In this document: one piece after another, positions 39,991 through 50,553 of the stretch
How the letters are laid out: the number at the start of each line of letters is the position of its first letter
How positions within the stretch are numbered: the first letter of the stretch is position 1
Source: Alphaproteobacteria bacterium
Lineage (GTDB): Bacteria; Pseudomonadota; Alphaproteobacteria; SP197
Direction of reading: 5' to 3'
DNA: 64,000 bases
NCBI GenBank assembly: GCA_964291265.2
Contig: OZ219747.1
Coordinates: forward strand, 256,001-320,000
Notes under the pieces: model-generated
What the model was told of the DNA's origin: nothing
Database searches by the model: none
What the model saw: the letters and a program-made list of their open reading frames with translations, nothing else
Position numbers and translations under genes: made by a program

Positions 39991-40083
39991 CCTGTTGTCA
40001 GGTCCTATTGTCACGTCCTGTTGTCGTGGGTTCAGTGTTCGGCTGATTGTCTCCCCGAGCGCCGCCCGTTTTCCTATTGTCGT
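39991..40083 (+). repeat. 13-bp-period direct repeats CCTRTTGTC in the element's left end
   Basis: CCTGTTGTCAGGT / CCTATTGTCACGT / CCTGTTGTCGTGG in tandem, plus CCTATTGTCGT at 40073. Confidence 0.7.
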
Positions 40084-40312
40084 TTTGGTCCGGTTCGGAT
40101 TGTTCCGTCGGCCTCTGCTTCGGTCTTGGTGACGGTTGCCGGGAGGGTTTCGGTTCCGAGGCACTCGCGGGATCGTCTGTTTTCCCTGTGGTCTGGGTCG
40201 TGTTGTCCGGTCCCGGGGCGGCGTTTTTGCCGCCGCCCCGGGTGGATGCTAGATCGGCATCGAAAGAAAGAGCGATGCGATGCCGGGCAGAGTTGTGATG
40301 ACGCCCCCCGGC

Positions 40313-40382
40313 GCAGCACCCGGACGAGCCGGTCACGGGGGACCGAACTCCCGTGTATTGTCGAGCCATTTTGCGTCCGGGT
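40313..40382 (+). ncRNA. Candidate structured leader motif, copy B
   Basis: ACCCGGACG/CGTCCGGGT outer stem enclosing the hairpin CACGGGGG-ACCGAA-CTCCCGTG. Confidence 0.45.
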
Positions 40383-40406
40383 CCACCCCCGCTCTCGAGA
40401 CGGATC

Positions 40407-40883
40407 GTGTGCACGACGGGACGACTGTTCAACTGCAAGCGGTGTCAGCGGCAGGTTGTTCTCTGCCGGTCGTGTGACCGGGGGCATGTGTATTGCTCCG
40501 ATGAGTGCAGGGAGCGGTCCCGGATCGAGCGGCGCCGCGCGTCGCGTCGTCGCTACCAGAGCACGCTGAGGGGCCGTGAGACGGGCCGTCACCGCCAGCG
40601 GCGTTACCGGCTCCGCAAGGCGGAGGAGGCGCGTGCGTTGAAGGCCAGGGCGGCGATGCTTGCCGAGATCATGGGCACGCAGACGTCTGCTGTGGTGCTG
40701 CTTGGCGACGTTCCGGCGGTGTCTGGAGACGCCGGTTCCGAAGAAATCGTTACGGACCACCCTTCCCGACTGCTGCCGACCTCCCTACCTGCGGTTGTGA
40801 AGGCGCGAGAGCGACGCGAATCGCCGCTTCGGTGCGCCCGGTGCGGACGGGTCGTGACGCATGTGGTGCTGAGGGACCTGTGA
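40407..40883 (+). CDS. Cys-rich (Zn-finger) basic protein upstream of istA, outer copy
   Basis: CKRC, CRSC, CSDEC, Arg-rich helix, C-terminal CARC; start could also be 40353. Confidence 0.7.
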   Translation: MCTTGRLFNCKRCQRQVVLCRSCDRGHVYCSDECRERSRIERRRASRRRYQSTLRGRETGRHRQRRYRLRKAEEARALKARAAMLAEIMGTQTSAVVLLGDVPAVSGDAGSEEIVTDHPSRLLPTSLPAVVKARERRESPLRCARCGRVVTHVVLRDL

Positions 40884-41764
40884 TGCGGCGTTGAGGAACC
40901 AAAGGGAGGGAGTTCATGGCGATCGACGAGGACACGCGGGCGACGATCGTGCGGCTGTCGCGGGCCGAGGGCTGGGCTGTGGGGACGATTGCCCGGCATC
41001 TCGGCGTGCACCACGGCACGGTGACGCGGGCGCTCAAGGCGTCGGGGCAGGAGCGGCGGCCGCGGGCCAAGCTCATCGACCCCTTCGTTGCCTTCCTCGG
41101 GGAGCGTCTTGAGGCGTCGCCGGACCTTCCGGCCAGCACGCTCTGGCGACAGGTCGTGGCCCTGGGCTACCGCGGCGGCGAGGATCACTTCCGTCACGAC
41201 CTGCGCCGCCTCGGGCTGAGGCCGGTGAAGAGGCCCGAGCCGTCGCTGCGGCTGAGCTTCCTTCCGGGCGAGCAGGCGCAGGTTGACTGGGCCGAGTTCG
41301 GGAAGGTCCGCATTGGCCGGGCGGAGCGCAGGCTCATGGGGCTTCTCGTCACCCTCAGCTACTCGCGCCAGACTGTCCTGAGCCTGTTCCACGACGCGCG
41401 GATGGCCAGCTTCCTGCAAGGCCATGTCGAGGCTTTCGCGGCATTCGGGGGTGTGCCGCGGAGGCTTCTGTACGACAACCTGAAGAGTGCCGTGGTGACG
41501 CGCCGCGGCAAGGCGGTCACCTATCATCCGATGCTGCTCGGCCTCGCGGCCCACTATGCCTTCGAACCGAGCGCCGCCTGGCCCAGGAGCCCGCAGGAGA
41601 AGGGCCGCGTGGAACGCCGTGTGCGCTTCGCGCGCACCGGGTTCTTCGCCGGGCGCGACATCACGGTCCCGCTCGGCGAGCTCAACGCCGCGGTTCGGGA
41701 GTGGTGCTTCGGCGCCGCCGCGGAGCGGCCCTGGCCGGACGACGACAGTCTCCTGGTGCGGGAC

Positions 41765-44111
41765 CTTTCAAAGGGTCGGACTTGTATAGGTGATTCGTTT
41801 CGTGCATGCTGCGGGCATGCAGGTTGGTCTCCGCCATTTCGATTCGCAGACGCTTGACTGGTTTGCCGGCGCGTTGCGCTCCGCCGACGCCACCCGTCAC
41901 GGTCTGGCACGCGAGCTTTGCGAGCGCACCGGTTGGCGCAACGCGCTCGGCCGTCCGTGCCTGTCGGCGGCGGCGAAGGTGCTGCCGGCGCTCGCCGAGC
42001 GCGTGGGGTTGGAGCTTCCGCCGCCGCGGAGCGTGCCTGATCCGACCGTCGTGCCCGCCGTCCCGGCCGGTGACGTCCCCGACACCAAGCTGGTCTGCCT
42101 GCTGGAGGATCTCGGCCCGGTCTCGCTCGAACCGGTGGGCGAGGCCGACGATCGCCGGCTGTGGGAGGCGATGATGGCGACGCACCACCCGCTGGGATGG
42201 ACGCGCTCGCCCGGCGGCCAGGTGCGCTACTGGATCCGCTCGCAACGCCACGGCACCCTCGGCGGGATCGGCTTCGGGTCCGCGACCTGGCAGTTGCGGG
42301 CGCGGGATGAGTGGATCGCATGGTCCGCCGACGCCCGTGCCGCCAACATCGAGCGTGTGATCTGCGGTCATCGGTTTCTCCTGCTTCCCGGCGTTCGGGT
42401 CTACGGACTGGCCTCCCGGGTCCTGCGCATGGCGGCGGAGCGCATCGCCGACGATTGGGAGGCTCGCTATGCGGTGCGCCCGGTGGCGGCCTACACTCAT
42501 GTCGGTGCGGAGCACAGCGGCTATTGCTACCACTGCGCCGGCTGGACCGTGGCCGGGCGGACCAGCGGGCGCCGGGGCAAGGCCGGCACGGTGCGGGTCC
42601 TGGCCCTGGAGAGCGGCTGGCGGACGGTGCTCCACGGGACACAGCGCCGTCCACTCGGCGCCCTGGCGGGCGTCTATGACGGCACTGACGCGGACTGGGC
42701 GGAGCGGGAGTACGGGCGCACGCGCCATACCGACGGTCGGGTGCGGCGACGCATCGTTGACATGGGCCGGGCCTGGATGAAGAACATGGGGGAGGACCTG
42801 CCGATCATCTTTCCCGAGAAGGCGGAGCAGAAGGCCGCTTATCGGTTGCTGTCGAACCCGAGGGTCTCCATGGAGCACGTTCTGGAAGCGCATGTTGAGG
42901 CGACCGTGGAGCGTTGTCGGACAGAGCCTCTTGTCCTTGCGATACAGGACACGACGGCGATCAACTACAGCGGCCTGGAGGCCACGAAGGGTCTGGACAA
43001 GCTCGGCGGCGGCGGCAAGGGGAGCGTCGGCATCCTCGCCCACGCCGGTCTGGCGGTGACGTCGGAGGGCCGGCCGCTGGGCCTGTTCACGATGGATGCG
43101 GCCTTTCGGCAGGAGCCCGGGGAGGACAGTCAGCGCTGGGTCACCGGGCTTGAGCGGGCCCGGGAGCTCGCGGCGGCCTGCCCGGACACGCGTGTCGTCT
43201 CGGTCTGCGACCGCGAGGGCGACTTCTGGGAACTGCTCGCCCATGCCGCGGACGCCGGAGCCGCGCTGCTGGTGCGTGCGAGCCGTTCGGCGAAACAGCG
43301 CGTGGGTGAGCCCGACGGCAAAAAGACGTGCCTGTGGAAGCATGTCGCGGCCCGGCCGCTGGTCGCGGTGACGGAGCTGACGATCCCGGCCGCTGGCGGC
43401 CCGCGCGCCCGCAAGGAGCGCGTCGCCCGTCTCGAGATCCGCACGGCACAGGTCGAGGTGGCGCCGCCGCAAAAAGAGCGCGACGCGGAGCCTGTGTCCA
43501 TGTTCGCGGTCTCGGCCAGCGAGGCCGGAACCGGTGACGGCGACGAGGCCCTGCACTGGCTGCTGCTGACCACCGAGCGCCCGGCACCAGGGGAGGCCGA
43601 GGCCGTGCACGCGGCGACCGTCCTGGGCTGGTACCGGACGCGATGGAGCATCGAGACCTGGTTCCGCACGCTGAAGACCGGGACCCGGATCAAGGACCGC
43701 CGGCTCGACAGGGCCGACGACCTGAAGACGTGCCTTGCCTTCGACGCCGTCACCGCCGTCCATGTTGCCGACCTGACCGTGCTTGCGCGCGAGCGTCCCT
43801 TGACCCCGGCGAGCGAGGTGTTTGCCGAGGAGGACATCGACCTGCTCCGCACGCTGCTGGAATCCCAGGGTCACCGGGAGGTCCGGGCGATGGGCGATGT
43901 CCGTGCCGTCGTCATCGGCCTTGGGCGCCTTGTCGGGTGGCATCCCACGCCGCGCCAGACGCTCCCGGGAGCGAAGAAGCTCTGGCAGGGTCTCGAAAGG
44001 CTGAACTGGGCGATCCAGGTGCGTGACGCACTTGGCGCAAGAAGGCGGCGCGAAGCACTCGGTGAGAGAAGGCGGGAGTAACATCCCTATACACGCGTGG
44101 GTGGTTGAAAG
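41765..44111 (+). mobile_element. IS4-family element (2347 bp)
   Basis: Imperfect IRs CTTTCAA-N11-TGTATAGG at both ends; 9-bp TSD GTGCGGGAC at 41756-41764 and 44112-44120. Confidence 0.9.
41817..44081 (+). CDS. DUF4338 (DruA-like) domain fused to an IS4/Tn5-type DDE transposase
   Basis: N-half HHPLG, RDEWIAW, RFLLLPGV..GLASRVL, GYCYHCAGW; C-half KAAYRLLSN, IQDTT, CDREGD, YRTRWSIETWFRTLKTG (YREK), PGAKKLWQG. Confidence 0.85.
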   Translation: MQVGLRHFDSQTLDWFAGALRSADATRHGLARELCERTGWRNALGRPCLSAAAKVLPALAERVGLELPPPRSVPDPTVVPAVPAGDVPDTKLVCLLEDLGPVSLEPVGEADDRRLWEAMMATHHPLGWTRSPGGQVRYWIRSQRHGTLGGIGFGSATWQLRARDEWIAWSADARAANIERVICGHRFLLLPGVRVYGLASRVLRMAAERIADDWEARYAVRPVAAYTHVGAEHSGYCYHCAGWTVAGRTSGRRGKAGTVRVLALESGWRTVLHGTQRRPLGALAGVYDGTDADWAEREYGRTRHTDGRVRRRIVDMGRAWMKNMGEDLPIIFPEKAEQKAAYRLLSNPRVSMEHVLEAHVEATVERCRTEPLVLAIQDTTAINYSGLEATKGLDKLGGGGKGSVGILAHAGLAVTSEGRPLGLFTMDAAFRQEPGEDSQRWVTGLERARELAAACPDTRVVSVCDREGDFWELLAHAADAGAALLVRASRSAKQRVGEPDGKKTCLWKHVAARPLVAVTELTIPAAGGPRARKERVARLEIRTAQVEVAPPQKERDAEPVSMFAVSASEAGTGDGDEALHWLLLTTERPAPGEAEAVHAATVLGWYRTRWSIETWFRTLKTGTRIKDRRLDRADDLKTCLAFDAVTAVHVADLTVLARERPLTPASEVFAEEDIDLLRTLLESQGHREVRAMGDVRAVVIGLGRLVGWHPTPRQTLPGAKKLWQGLERLNWAIQVRDALGARRRREALGERRRE

Positions 44112-44761
44112 GTGCGGGACGCCTTCGCCCGGGAGAGGGAGCACCTGATCGTCCTTCCCGTCGACCCCTTCCCGCATCACGAGGTCCGCCCGGTGCGCAT
44201 CGACAAGACCTGCCACGCCCGCTTCGACACCAACGACTACAGCGTTCCGGGTAGCTTCTCCAAGGCCCTGCTGACGCTGGTCGCCGACCGCGACGAGGTT
44301 CGCATCCTCGACGGCGCCGACGAGGTCGCGCGCCACCGACGCTCCTACGACAGGAAGCAGGCCGTCACCGATCCGGAGCATGCCAGGGCGATCGCCGCGG
44401 GCAAGCGGCGGGCCCGCTCCATGAGCGTCCGCGACCGGGTCCTGCGCACCGTGCCGCGGGCCGAGGAGATGCTGGCGCGCGCCGGGACCAACGGGCGCAA
44501 CGTGGCCTCCTGCGCCCGGATGCTGGAGACGCTTCTCAACGCGCACGGCGCCGACGCTCTCGACCGGGCTGTCGCCACGGCGCTGGAGCGCGGCTCGTGC
44601 CACCCCGAAACCGTGCGCGTCATCATCGAGGAGCGCCGCCGGGAGCAGGGCCTGCCGCCCCTCAGCATCGCCGACGACGGCCGCGGCGGCCGTGGCACGA
44701 CGCCGCGGGGGACCGCTCTCGACGCCTACGACAGGCCCGAAGCCAGCGCCAGGAACAAGAC

Positions 44762-45463
44762 ATGAGCGAGCTCAGGGAGCGTGCCCGGGCGCTCGGCCTC
44801 CACGGGCTCGTCGAACGCTGGGACGAGGTCGCCGGGACCGCATGGATCGAGGAGGTGGTCAGCGGCGAGGAACAGGCCCGCAGGGCCCGCAGCCACGAGC
44901 GCCGCCGCGCCGCGGCGCGGCTGCCCGCCTTCAAGCCCCTGGCGGACTTCGACTGGACATGGCCGCGCGACATCAGCCGGGCTCATGTCGAAGCGCTCCT
45001 CGGCCTCGGCTTCGTCGACCGTGCGGACAACGCCGTGCTCGTCGGCGGGCAGGGCACCGGAAAGACCATGATCGCCGCCAACGTGGCGCACCAGGCCCTG
45101 CTGCACGGCCACACCGTCCGCTTCGAGAAGGCGCCGGAACTGCTCGAGGCACTCGCCGAGACCGTCTCGCGCAGCGAGCTGCGCCGCCGCCTCGCGATCC
45201 TCGCCAGGCCCCGCCTGCTCGTCCTCGACGAAATCGGCTACGTGACCCTCGAAAGCCACCATGCCGACATCCTCTACGCCATCGTCTCGCGGCGCTATCA
45301 GCGCCGCTCGACCATGGTCACGACAAGCCTCGCCTTCGCCCAGTGGGACCGCGTCTTCCCCAGCGCCTCCGGCATCGCCGGCACCGTCGACCGGCTCATG
45401 CACGACGCAACCCTCATCTCCATCGACAGCGACTCCTGGCGGCTCAGGCGTGAAACCCGATAA
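44762..45463 (+). CDS. istB: IS21 helper ATPase IstB (outer copy)
   Basis: FDWTWP, GGQGTGKT, LVLDEIGY, VDRLMH, SWR. Confidence 0.92.
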   Translation: MSELRERARALGLHGLVERWDEVAGTAWIEEVVSGEEQARRARSHERRRAAARLPAFKPLADFDWTWPRDISRAHVEALLGLGFVDRADNAVLVGGQGTGKTMIAANVAHQALLHGHTVRFEKAPELLEALAETVSRSELRRRLAILARPRLLVLDEIGYVTLESHHADILYAIVSRRYQRRSTMVTTSLAFAQWDRVFPSASGIAGTVDRLMHDATLISIDSDSWRLRRETR

Positions 45464-45997
45464 ACCCCGCCGCGTCGACTTCGACGCCGTCAAGCGCATG
45501 CCGTTCGAACGCATCGCCGCCGACTGGGGATACGTCCGCGACGAACAGGCCTCGACACGCGCCAACCCCGTCCTGTGCGCACCCGGCCTGCCGAAGCTCG
45601 TCACGAAGTGCCTCAACTGTCGGCGGCGATTTAGAACGGCGGGATATTGGCGGAGAACCGCTCTTTTGGGCGCTGATCGTGTGAGTGGGTGACCACGACA
45701 GGAGAACGTGCGGCATTGGACGAAGGTCCGCCCGGTCTTTGTTTTCTGCCTATTGTTGGATCCCATTGGTCTTGCATTGACGTTGACGATGTCGTTCCGG
45801 TCGGCGTTTTCTGGCGTTCGGCGTTTGTGGAACGTGATGTGGGAGGGGAGCTTCAGGCTTTTGCGCGTGGTTTCGTTCTGGCGTTCTCCGTCCTCGTCGT
45901 GGTTCGTCGGGCGGGACGATCTCGAGGCTGGAGAGCTGACGGTTTCTGTTGCGCTGGGCGAAGAGGCTGCGTGCGTTGCGGTTGCGGCGGCGCAGGG

Positions 45998-46713
45998 TGC
46001 GGCAGGCGTCGAGTGTTTTCGGGCGGATGCTGCGACCTGTGAGCCAGTCCGGCGGCGGATCGGGCGTTGCTGCGGCTCAGCGGCTGCGGCAGTCTCGTGA
46101 TGTGGTGTCGTTTGGACGGCCCGGGGGTTTCCCGGGGAGGCTGAGAGGCGCGTCGGGGTGAGACGTTCTCATTCCTGGATGGTAACGCGTGACCGCGTTC
46201 AAGGGTCTTGCGAGATTACGTGTCCCTTCCGTAGCCGCGTGGCGGTTCGATGTCCTCGAGAGCCTCGATGTCGGCATCGGCGACGATCTGCAGGCGTTCT
46301 CCGTAAGGCGTGTCACGGAGGGTTTCGGGGATGCTGTCGAGGCGGTCACGCCATTCGTCCTGCAGGGTGCGGCAGGCGTTGAGTGTTTTCGGGCGGATGC
46401 TGCGACCTGTAAGCCAGTCCGGCCAGCGGCTGCGGCAGTCTCGTGATGCGGTGTCGTTTGGACGGCCCGGGGGTTTCCCGGGGAGGCTGAGAAGCGCGTC
46501 GGGGTGAGACGTTCTCATTCCTGGATGGTAACGCGTGACCGCGTTCAAGGGTCTTGCGGGATCACGTATCCCTTCCGTAGCCGCGTGGCGGTTCGATGTC
46601 CTCGAGGGCCTCGATGTCGGCATCGGCGACGCTCTGCAGGCGTTCTCCGTAAGGCGTGTCACGGAGGCTTTCGGGGATGCTGTCGAGGTGGTCACGCCAT
46701 TCGTCCTGCAGGG
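45998..46713 (-). repeat. Internal tandem duplication (346/370 bp), inner copy
   Basis: Mirror image of 51834-52549. Confidence 0.85.
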
Positions 46714-46852
46714 CGCGCAGTTCGGCCACGGCGTCGTTCCAGCGTTGCGGTCGCGAGCGCCGGTCACGGTGCTTTGGGGTGTGGACGGGAGGGATGCCGG
46801 CCTTGCGCCGTTCCCGGTATCGCCGCTGCTTTTCGGCGGGCGTGAGGGGCAT
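46562..46852 (-). CDS. Small hypothetical protein, inner copy
   Basis: LTPAEKQRRYRERRK...RSRPQRWNDAV...EPPRGYGRD; AGGAG RBS; alternative ATGA-coupled start at 46882. Confidence 0.72.
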   Translation of the reverse strand: MPLTPAEKQRRYRERRKAGIPPVHTPKHRDRRSRPQRWNDAVAELRALQDEWRDHLDSIPESLRDTPYGERLQSVADADIEALEDIEPPRGYGRDT

Positions 46853-46878
46853 GAGTGGTCTCCTTGTGACGGACGTGG

Positions 46879-47772
46879 TCATGATCTCGCTTGTGGTTCT
46901 TTGGTCCTGGCGTTGACGACGTCGTTCCAGTCGGCGTTTTCCGGCGGTCTGCGTCTGTGGAACGAGACGTGGGAGGGGAGCTTCATCTTTTTGCGCAGGG
47001 TTTCGGCCTGTCGCTCTCCGGCCTCGTCGTGGTCCTGGGCGAGGACGATGGTCCTGACGTTGGGCAGGCTGCTTGCGGCGAGGCTGATCTGTTCGTGCTG
47101 TCTTCGCGAGGGTGCCCCGGCGGTGGAGAGGAAGGCGTGGCTGGGGGGACATTGGTCGATCTGGGCCAGGCTGAGGGCGTCGACGGCGCTTTCGGTGATG
47201 ACGAGGGCCTCGAGGTCCGCGGCGGTTCCGGCGCGGACGGCGAACAGGCTTCGGGTTCCACCGGTGGCGAAGCGTTTCGGTCCGTCGGGGGGACCGATCT
47301 CGAAGCCGGTGAGCTTTCGCTTCCTGTTGCGATGGGCGAAGAGGACGCGTCCGTTGTGGTCGCGGCGGACCAGGGGGCGGCAGGTGTCGAGGGTCTCCGG
47401 GAGGATGCCGCGCCCGGTGAGCCAGTCCGGGGCCGCATCGGGCGTTGCCGCGGCCCAGAGGCTGCGGAAGTCGCGTGGCGCGGCGTCGGGTGCTGCGAAG
47501 CGGGTGCAGATGTCGGCGAAGGCCAGTCCGCGGTTGAGCATGAAGTCGATGACGGTTCCGTTGTCTTCATCGTTCTGGGTGTTGAAGTAGACCCAGTGTC
47601 CGTTGTTGAGGCACTTCGTGACGAGCTTCGGCAGGCCGGGTGCGCACAGGACGGGGTTGGCGCGTGTCGAGGCCTGTTCGTCGCGGACGTATCCCCAGTC
47701 GGCGGCGATGCGTTCGAACGGCATGCGCTTGACGGCGTCGAAGTCGACGCGGCGGGGTTTATCGGGTTTCAC
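46879..47772 (-). CDS. Toprim-domain primase-like protein (DUF3991/Toprim_2-like), intact
   Basis: GHWVYF...GTVIDF, WLTGRGI, ITESAVDALS (conserved Glu), LAQDHDEAG (DxD); GTG start overlaps the end of istB. Confidence 0.8.
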   Translation of the reverse strand: MKPDKPRRVDFDAVKRMPFERIAADWGYVRDEQASTRANPVLCAPGLPKLVTKCLNNGHWVYFNTQNDEDNGTVIDFMLNRGLAFADICTRFAAPDAAPRDFRSLWAAATPDAAPDWLTGRGILPETLDTCRPLVRRDHNGRVLFAHRNRKRKLTGFEIGPPDGPKRFATGGTRSLFAVRAGTAADLEALVITESAVDALSLAQIDQCPPSHAFLSTAGAPSRRQHEQISLAASSLPNVRTIVLAQDHDEAGERQAETLRKKMKLPSHVSFHRRRPPENADWNDVVNARTKEPQARS

Positions 47773-48460
47773 GCCTGAGCCGCCAGGAGTCGCTGTCGAT
47801 GGAGATGAGGGTTGCGTCGTGCATGAGCCGGTCGACGGTGCCGGCGATGCCGGAGGCGCTGGGGAAGACGCGGTCCCACTGGGCGAAGGCGAGGCTTGTC
47901 GTGACCATGGTCGAGCGGCGCTGATAGCGCCGCGAGACGATGGCGTAGAGGATGTCGGCATGGTGGCTTTCGAGGGTCACGTAGCCGATTTCGTCGAGGA
48001 TGAGCAGGCGGGGCCTGGCGAGGATCGCGAGGCGGCGGCGCAGCTCGCTGCGCGAGGCGGTCTCGGCGAGTGCCTCGAGCAGTTCCGGCGCCTTCTCGAA
48101 GCGGACGGTGTGGCCGTGCAGCAGGGCCTGGTGCGCCACGTTGGCGGCGATCATGGTCTTTCCGGTGCCCTGCCCGCCGACGAGCACGGCGTTGTCCGCA
48201 CGGTCGACGAAGCCGAGGCCGAGGAGCGCTTCGACATGAGCCCGGCTGATGTCGCGCGGCCATGTCCAGTCGAAGTCCGCCAGGGGCTTGAAGGCGGGCA
48301 GTCGCGCCGCGGCGCGGCGGCGCTCGTGGCTGCGGGCCCTGCGGGCCTGTTCCTCGCCGCTGACCACCTCCTCGATCCATGCGGTCCCGGCGACCTCGTC
48401 CCAGCGTTCGACGAGCCCGTGGAGGCCGAGCGCCCGGGCACGCTCCCTGAGCTCGCTCAT
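47759..48460 (-). CDS. istB: IS21 helper ATPase IstB (inner copy)
   Basis: Walker A GGQGTGKT, Walker B LILDE. Confidence 0.92.
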   Translation of the reverse strand: MSELRERARALGLHGLVERWDEVAGTAWIEEVVSGEEQARRARSHERRRAAARLPAFKPLADFDWTWPRDISRAHVEALLGLGFVDRADNAVLVGGQGTGKTMIAANVAHQALLHGHTVRFEKAPELLEALAETASRSELRRRLAILARPRLLILDEIGYVTLESHHADILYAIVSRRYQRRSTMVTTSLAFAQWDRVFPSASGIAGTVDRLMHDATLISIDSDSWRLRRETR

Positions 48461-49950
48461 GTCTTGTTCCTGGCGCTGGCTTCGGGCCTGTCGTAGGCGT
48501 CGAGAGCGGTCCCCCGCGGCGTCGTGCCACGGCCGCCGCGGCCGTCGTCGGCGATGCTGAGGGGCGGCAGGCCCTGCTCCCGGCGGCGCTCCTCGATGAT
48601 GACGCGCACGGTTTCGGGGTGGCACGAGCCGCGCTCCAGCGCCGTGGCGACAGCCCGGTCGAGAGCGTCGGCGCCGTGCGCGTTGAGAAGCGTCTCCAGC
48701 ATCCGGGCGCAGGAGGCCACGTTGCGCCCGTTGGTCCCGGCGCGCGCCAGCATCTCCTCGGCCCGCGGCACGGTGCGCAGGACCCGGTCGCGGACGCTCA
48801 TGGAGCGGGCCCGCCGCTTGCCCGCGGCGATCGCCCTGGCATGCTCCGGATCGGTGACGACCTGCTTCCTGTTGTAGGAGCGTCGGTGGCGCGCGACCTC
48901 GTCGGCGCCGTCGAGGATGCGAACCTCGTCGCGGTCGGCGACCAGCGTCAGCAGGGCCTTGGAGAAGCTACCCGGAACGCTGTAGTCGTTGGTGTCGAAG
49001 CGGGCGTGGCAGGTCTTGTCGATGCGCACCGGGCGGACCTCGTGATGCGGGAAGGGGTCGACGGGAAGGACGATCAGGTGCTCCCTCTCCCGGGCGAAGG
49101 CGTCCCGCACCAGGAGACTGTCGTCGTCCGGCCAGGGCCGCTCCGCGGCGGCGCCGAAGCACCACTCCCGAACTGCGGCGTTGAGCTCGCCGAGCGGGAC
49201 CGTGATGTCGCGCCCGGCGAAGAACCCGGTGCGCGCGAAGCGCACACGGCGTTCCACGCGGCCCTTCTCCTGCGGGCTCCTGGGCCAGGCGGCGCTCGGT
49301 TCGAAGGCATAGTGGGCCGCGAGGCCGAGCAGCATCGGATGATAGGTGACCGCCTTGCCGCGGCGCGTCACCACGGCACTCTTCAGGTTGTCGTACAGAA
49401 GCCTCCGCGGCACACCCCCGAATGCCGCGAAAGCCTCGACATGGCCTTGCAGGAAGCTGGCCATCCGCGCGTCGTGGAACAGGCTCAGGACAGTCTGGCG
49501 CGAGTAGCTGAGGGTGACGAGAAGCCCCATGAGCCTGCGCTCCGCCCGGCCAATGCGGACCTTCCCGAACTCGGCCCAGTCAACCTGCGCCTGCTCGCCC
49601 GGAAGGAAGCTCAGCCGCAGCGACGGCTCGGGCCTCTTCACCGGCCTCAGCCCGAGGCGGCGCAGGTCGTGACGGAAGTGATCCTCGCCGCCGCGGTAGC
49701 CCAGAGCCACGACCTGTCGCCAGAGCGTGCTGGCCGGAAGGTCCGGCGACGCCTCAAGACGCTCCCCGAGGAAGGCAACGAAGGGGTCGATGAGCTTGGC
49801 CCGCGGCCGCCGCTCCTGCCCCGACGCCTTGAGCGCCCGCGTCACCGTGCCGTGGTGCACGCCGAGATGCCGGGCAATCGTCCCCACAGCCCAGCCCTCG
49901 GCCCGCGACAGCCGCACGATCGTCGCCCGCGTGTCCTCGTCGATCGCCAT
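48457..49950 (-). CDS. istA: IS21 transposase IstA (inner copy, intact)
   Basis: N-terminal HTH, PGEQAQVDW, LSYSR, YDNLKSAV, EKGRVER, FDTNDYSVP. Confidence 0.94.
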   Translation of the reverse strand: MAIDEDTRATIVRLSRAEGWAVGTIARHLGVHHGTVTRALKASGQERRPRAKLIDPFVAFLGERLEASPDLPASTLWRQVVALGYRGGEDHFRHDLRRLGLRPVKRPEPSLRLSFLPGEQAQVDWAEFGKVRIGRAERRLMGLLVTLSYSRQTVLSLFHDARMASFLQGHVEAFAAFGGVPRRLLYDNLKSAVVTRRGKAVTYHPMLLGLAAHYAFEPSAAWPRSPQEKGRVERRVRFARTGFFAGRDITVPLGELNAAVREWCFGAAAERPWPDDDSLLVRDAFAREREHLIVLPVDPFPHHEVRPVRIDKTCHARFDTNDYSVPGSFSKALLTLVADRDEVRILDGADEVARHRRSYNRKQVVTDPEHARAIAAGKRRARSMSVRDRVLRTVPRAEEMLARAGTNGRNVASCARMLETLLNAHGADALDRAVATALERGSCHPETVRVIIEERRREQGLPPLSIADDGRGGRGTTPRGTALDAYDRPEASARNKT

Positions 49951-49982
49951 GAACTCCCTCCCTTTGGTTCCTCAACGCCGCA

Positions 49983-50459
49983 TCACAGGTCCCTCAGCAC
50001 CACATGCGTCACGACCCGTCCGCACCGGGCGCACCGAAGCGGCGATTCGCGTCGCTCTTGCGCCTTCACAACCGCAGGTAGGGAGGTCGGCAGCAGTCGG
50101 GAAGGGTGGTCCGTAACGATTTCTTCAGAACCGGCGTCTCCAGACACCGCCGGAACGTCGCCAAGCAGCACCACAGCAGACGTCTGCGTGCCCATGATCT
50201 CGGCAACCATCGCCGCCCTGGCCTTCAACGCACGCGCCTCCTCCGCCTTGCGGAGCCGGTAACGCCGCTGGCGGTGACGGCCCGTCTCACGGCCCTTCAG
50301 CGTGCTCTGGTAGCGACGACGCGACGCGCGGCGCCGCTCGATCCGGGACCGCTCCCTGCACTCCTTGGAGCAATACACATGCCCCCGGTCACACGACCGG
50401 CAGAGAACAACCTGCCGCTGACACCGCCTGCAGTTGAACAGTCGTCCTGTCGTGCACAC
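49983..50459 (-). CDS. Cys-rich (Zn-finger) basic protein, inner copy
   Basis: Near-identical to 40407-40883. Confidence 0.7.
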   Translation of the reverse strand: MCTTGRLFNCRRCQRQVVLCRSCDRGHVYCSKECRERSRIERRRASRRRYQSTLKGRETGRHRQRRYRLRKAEEARALKARAAMVAEIMGTQTSAVVLLGDVPAVSGDAGSEEIVTDHPSRLLPTSLPAVVKAQERRESPLRCARCGRVVTHVVLRDL

Positions 50460-50483
50460 CGTCCGTCTCGAGAGCGGGGGTGG

Positions 50484-50553
50484 ACCCGGACGCAAAATGG
50501 CTCGACAATACACGGGAGTTCGGTCCCCCGTGACCGGCTCGTCCGGGTGCTGC
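50484..50553 (-). ncRNA. Candidate structured leader motif, copy C
   Basis: Identical to copy B even though the leader upstream of it differs between the two element copies. Confidence 0.45.

Larger units (their letters stand above)
40916..44765 (+). pseudogene. istA: IS21 transposase IstA (outer copy) split by an IS4-family element
   Basis: 40916-41764 plus 44121-44765 match the intact copy at 49950-48457. Confidence 0.92.

Noticed and set aside
41817-44081. Druantia defence system
   Set aside because: Only a DUF4338 domain inside an IS; no DruE helicase or other dru genes nearby.
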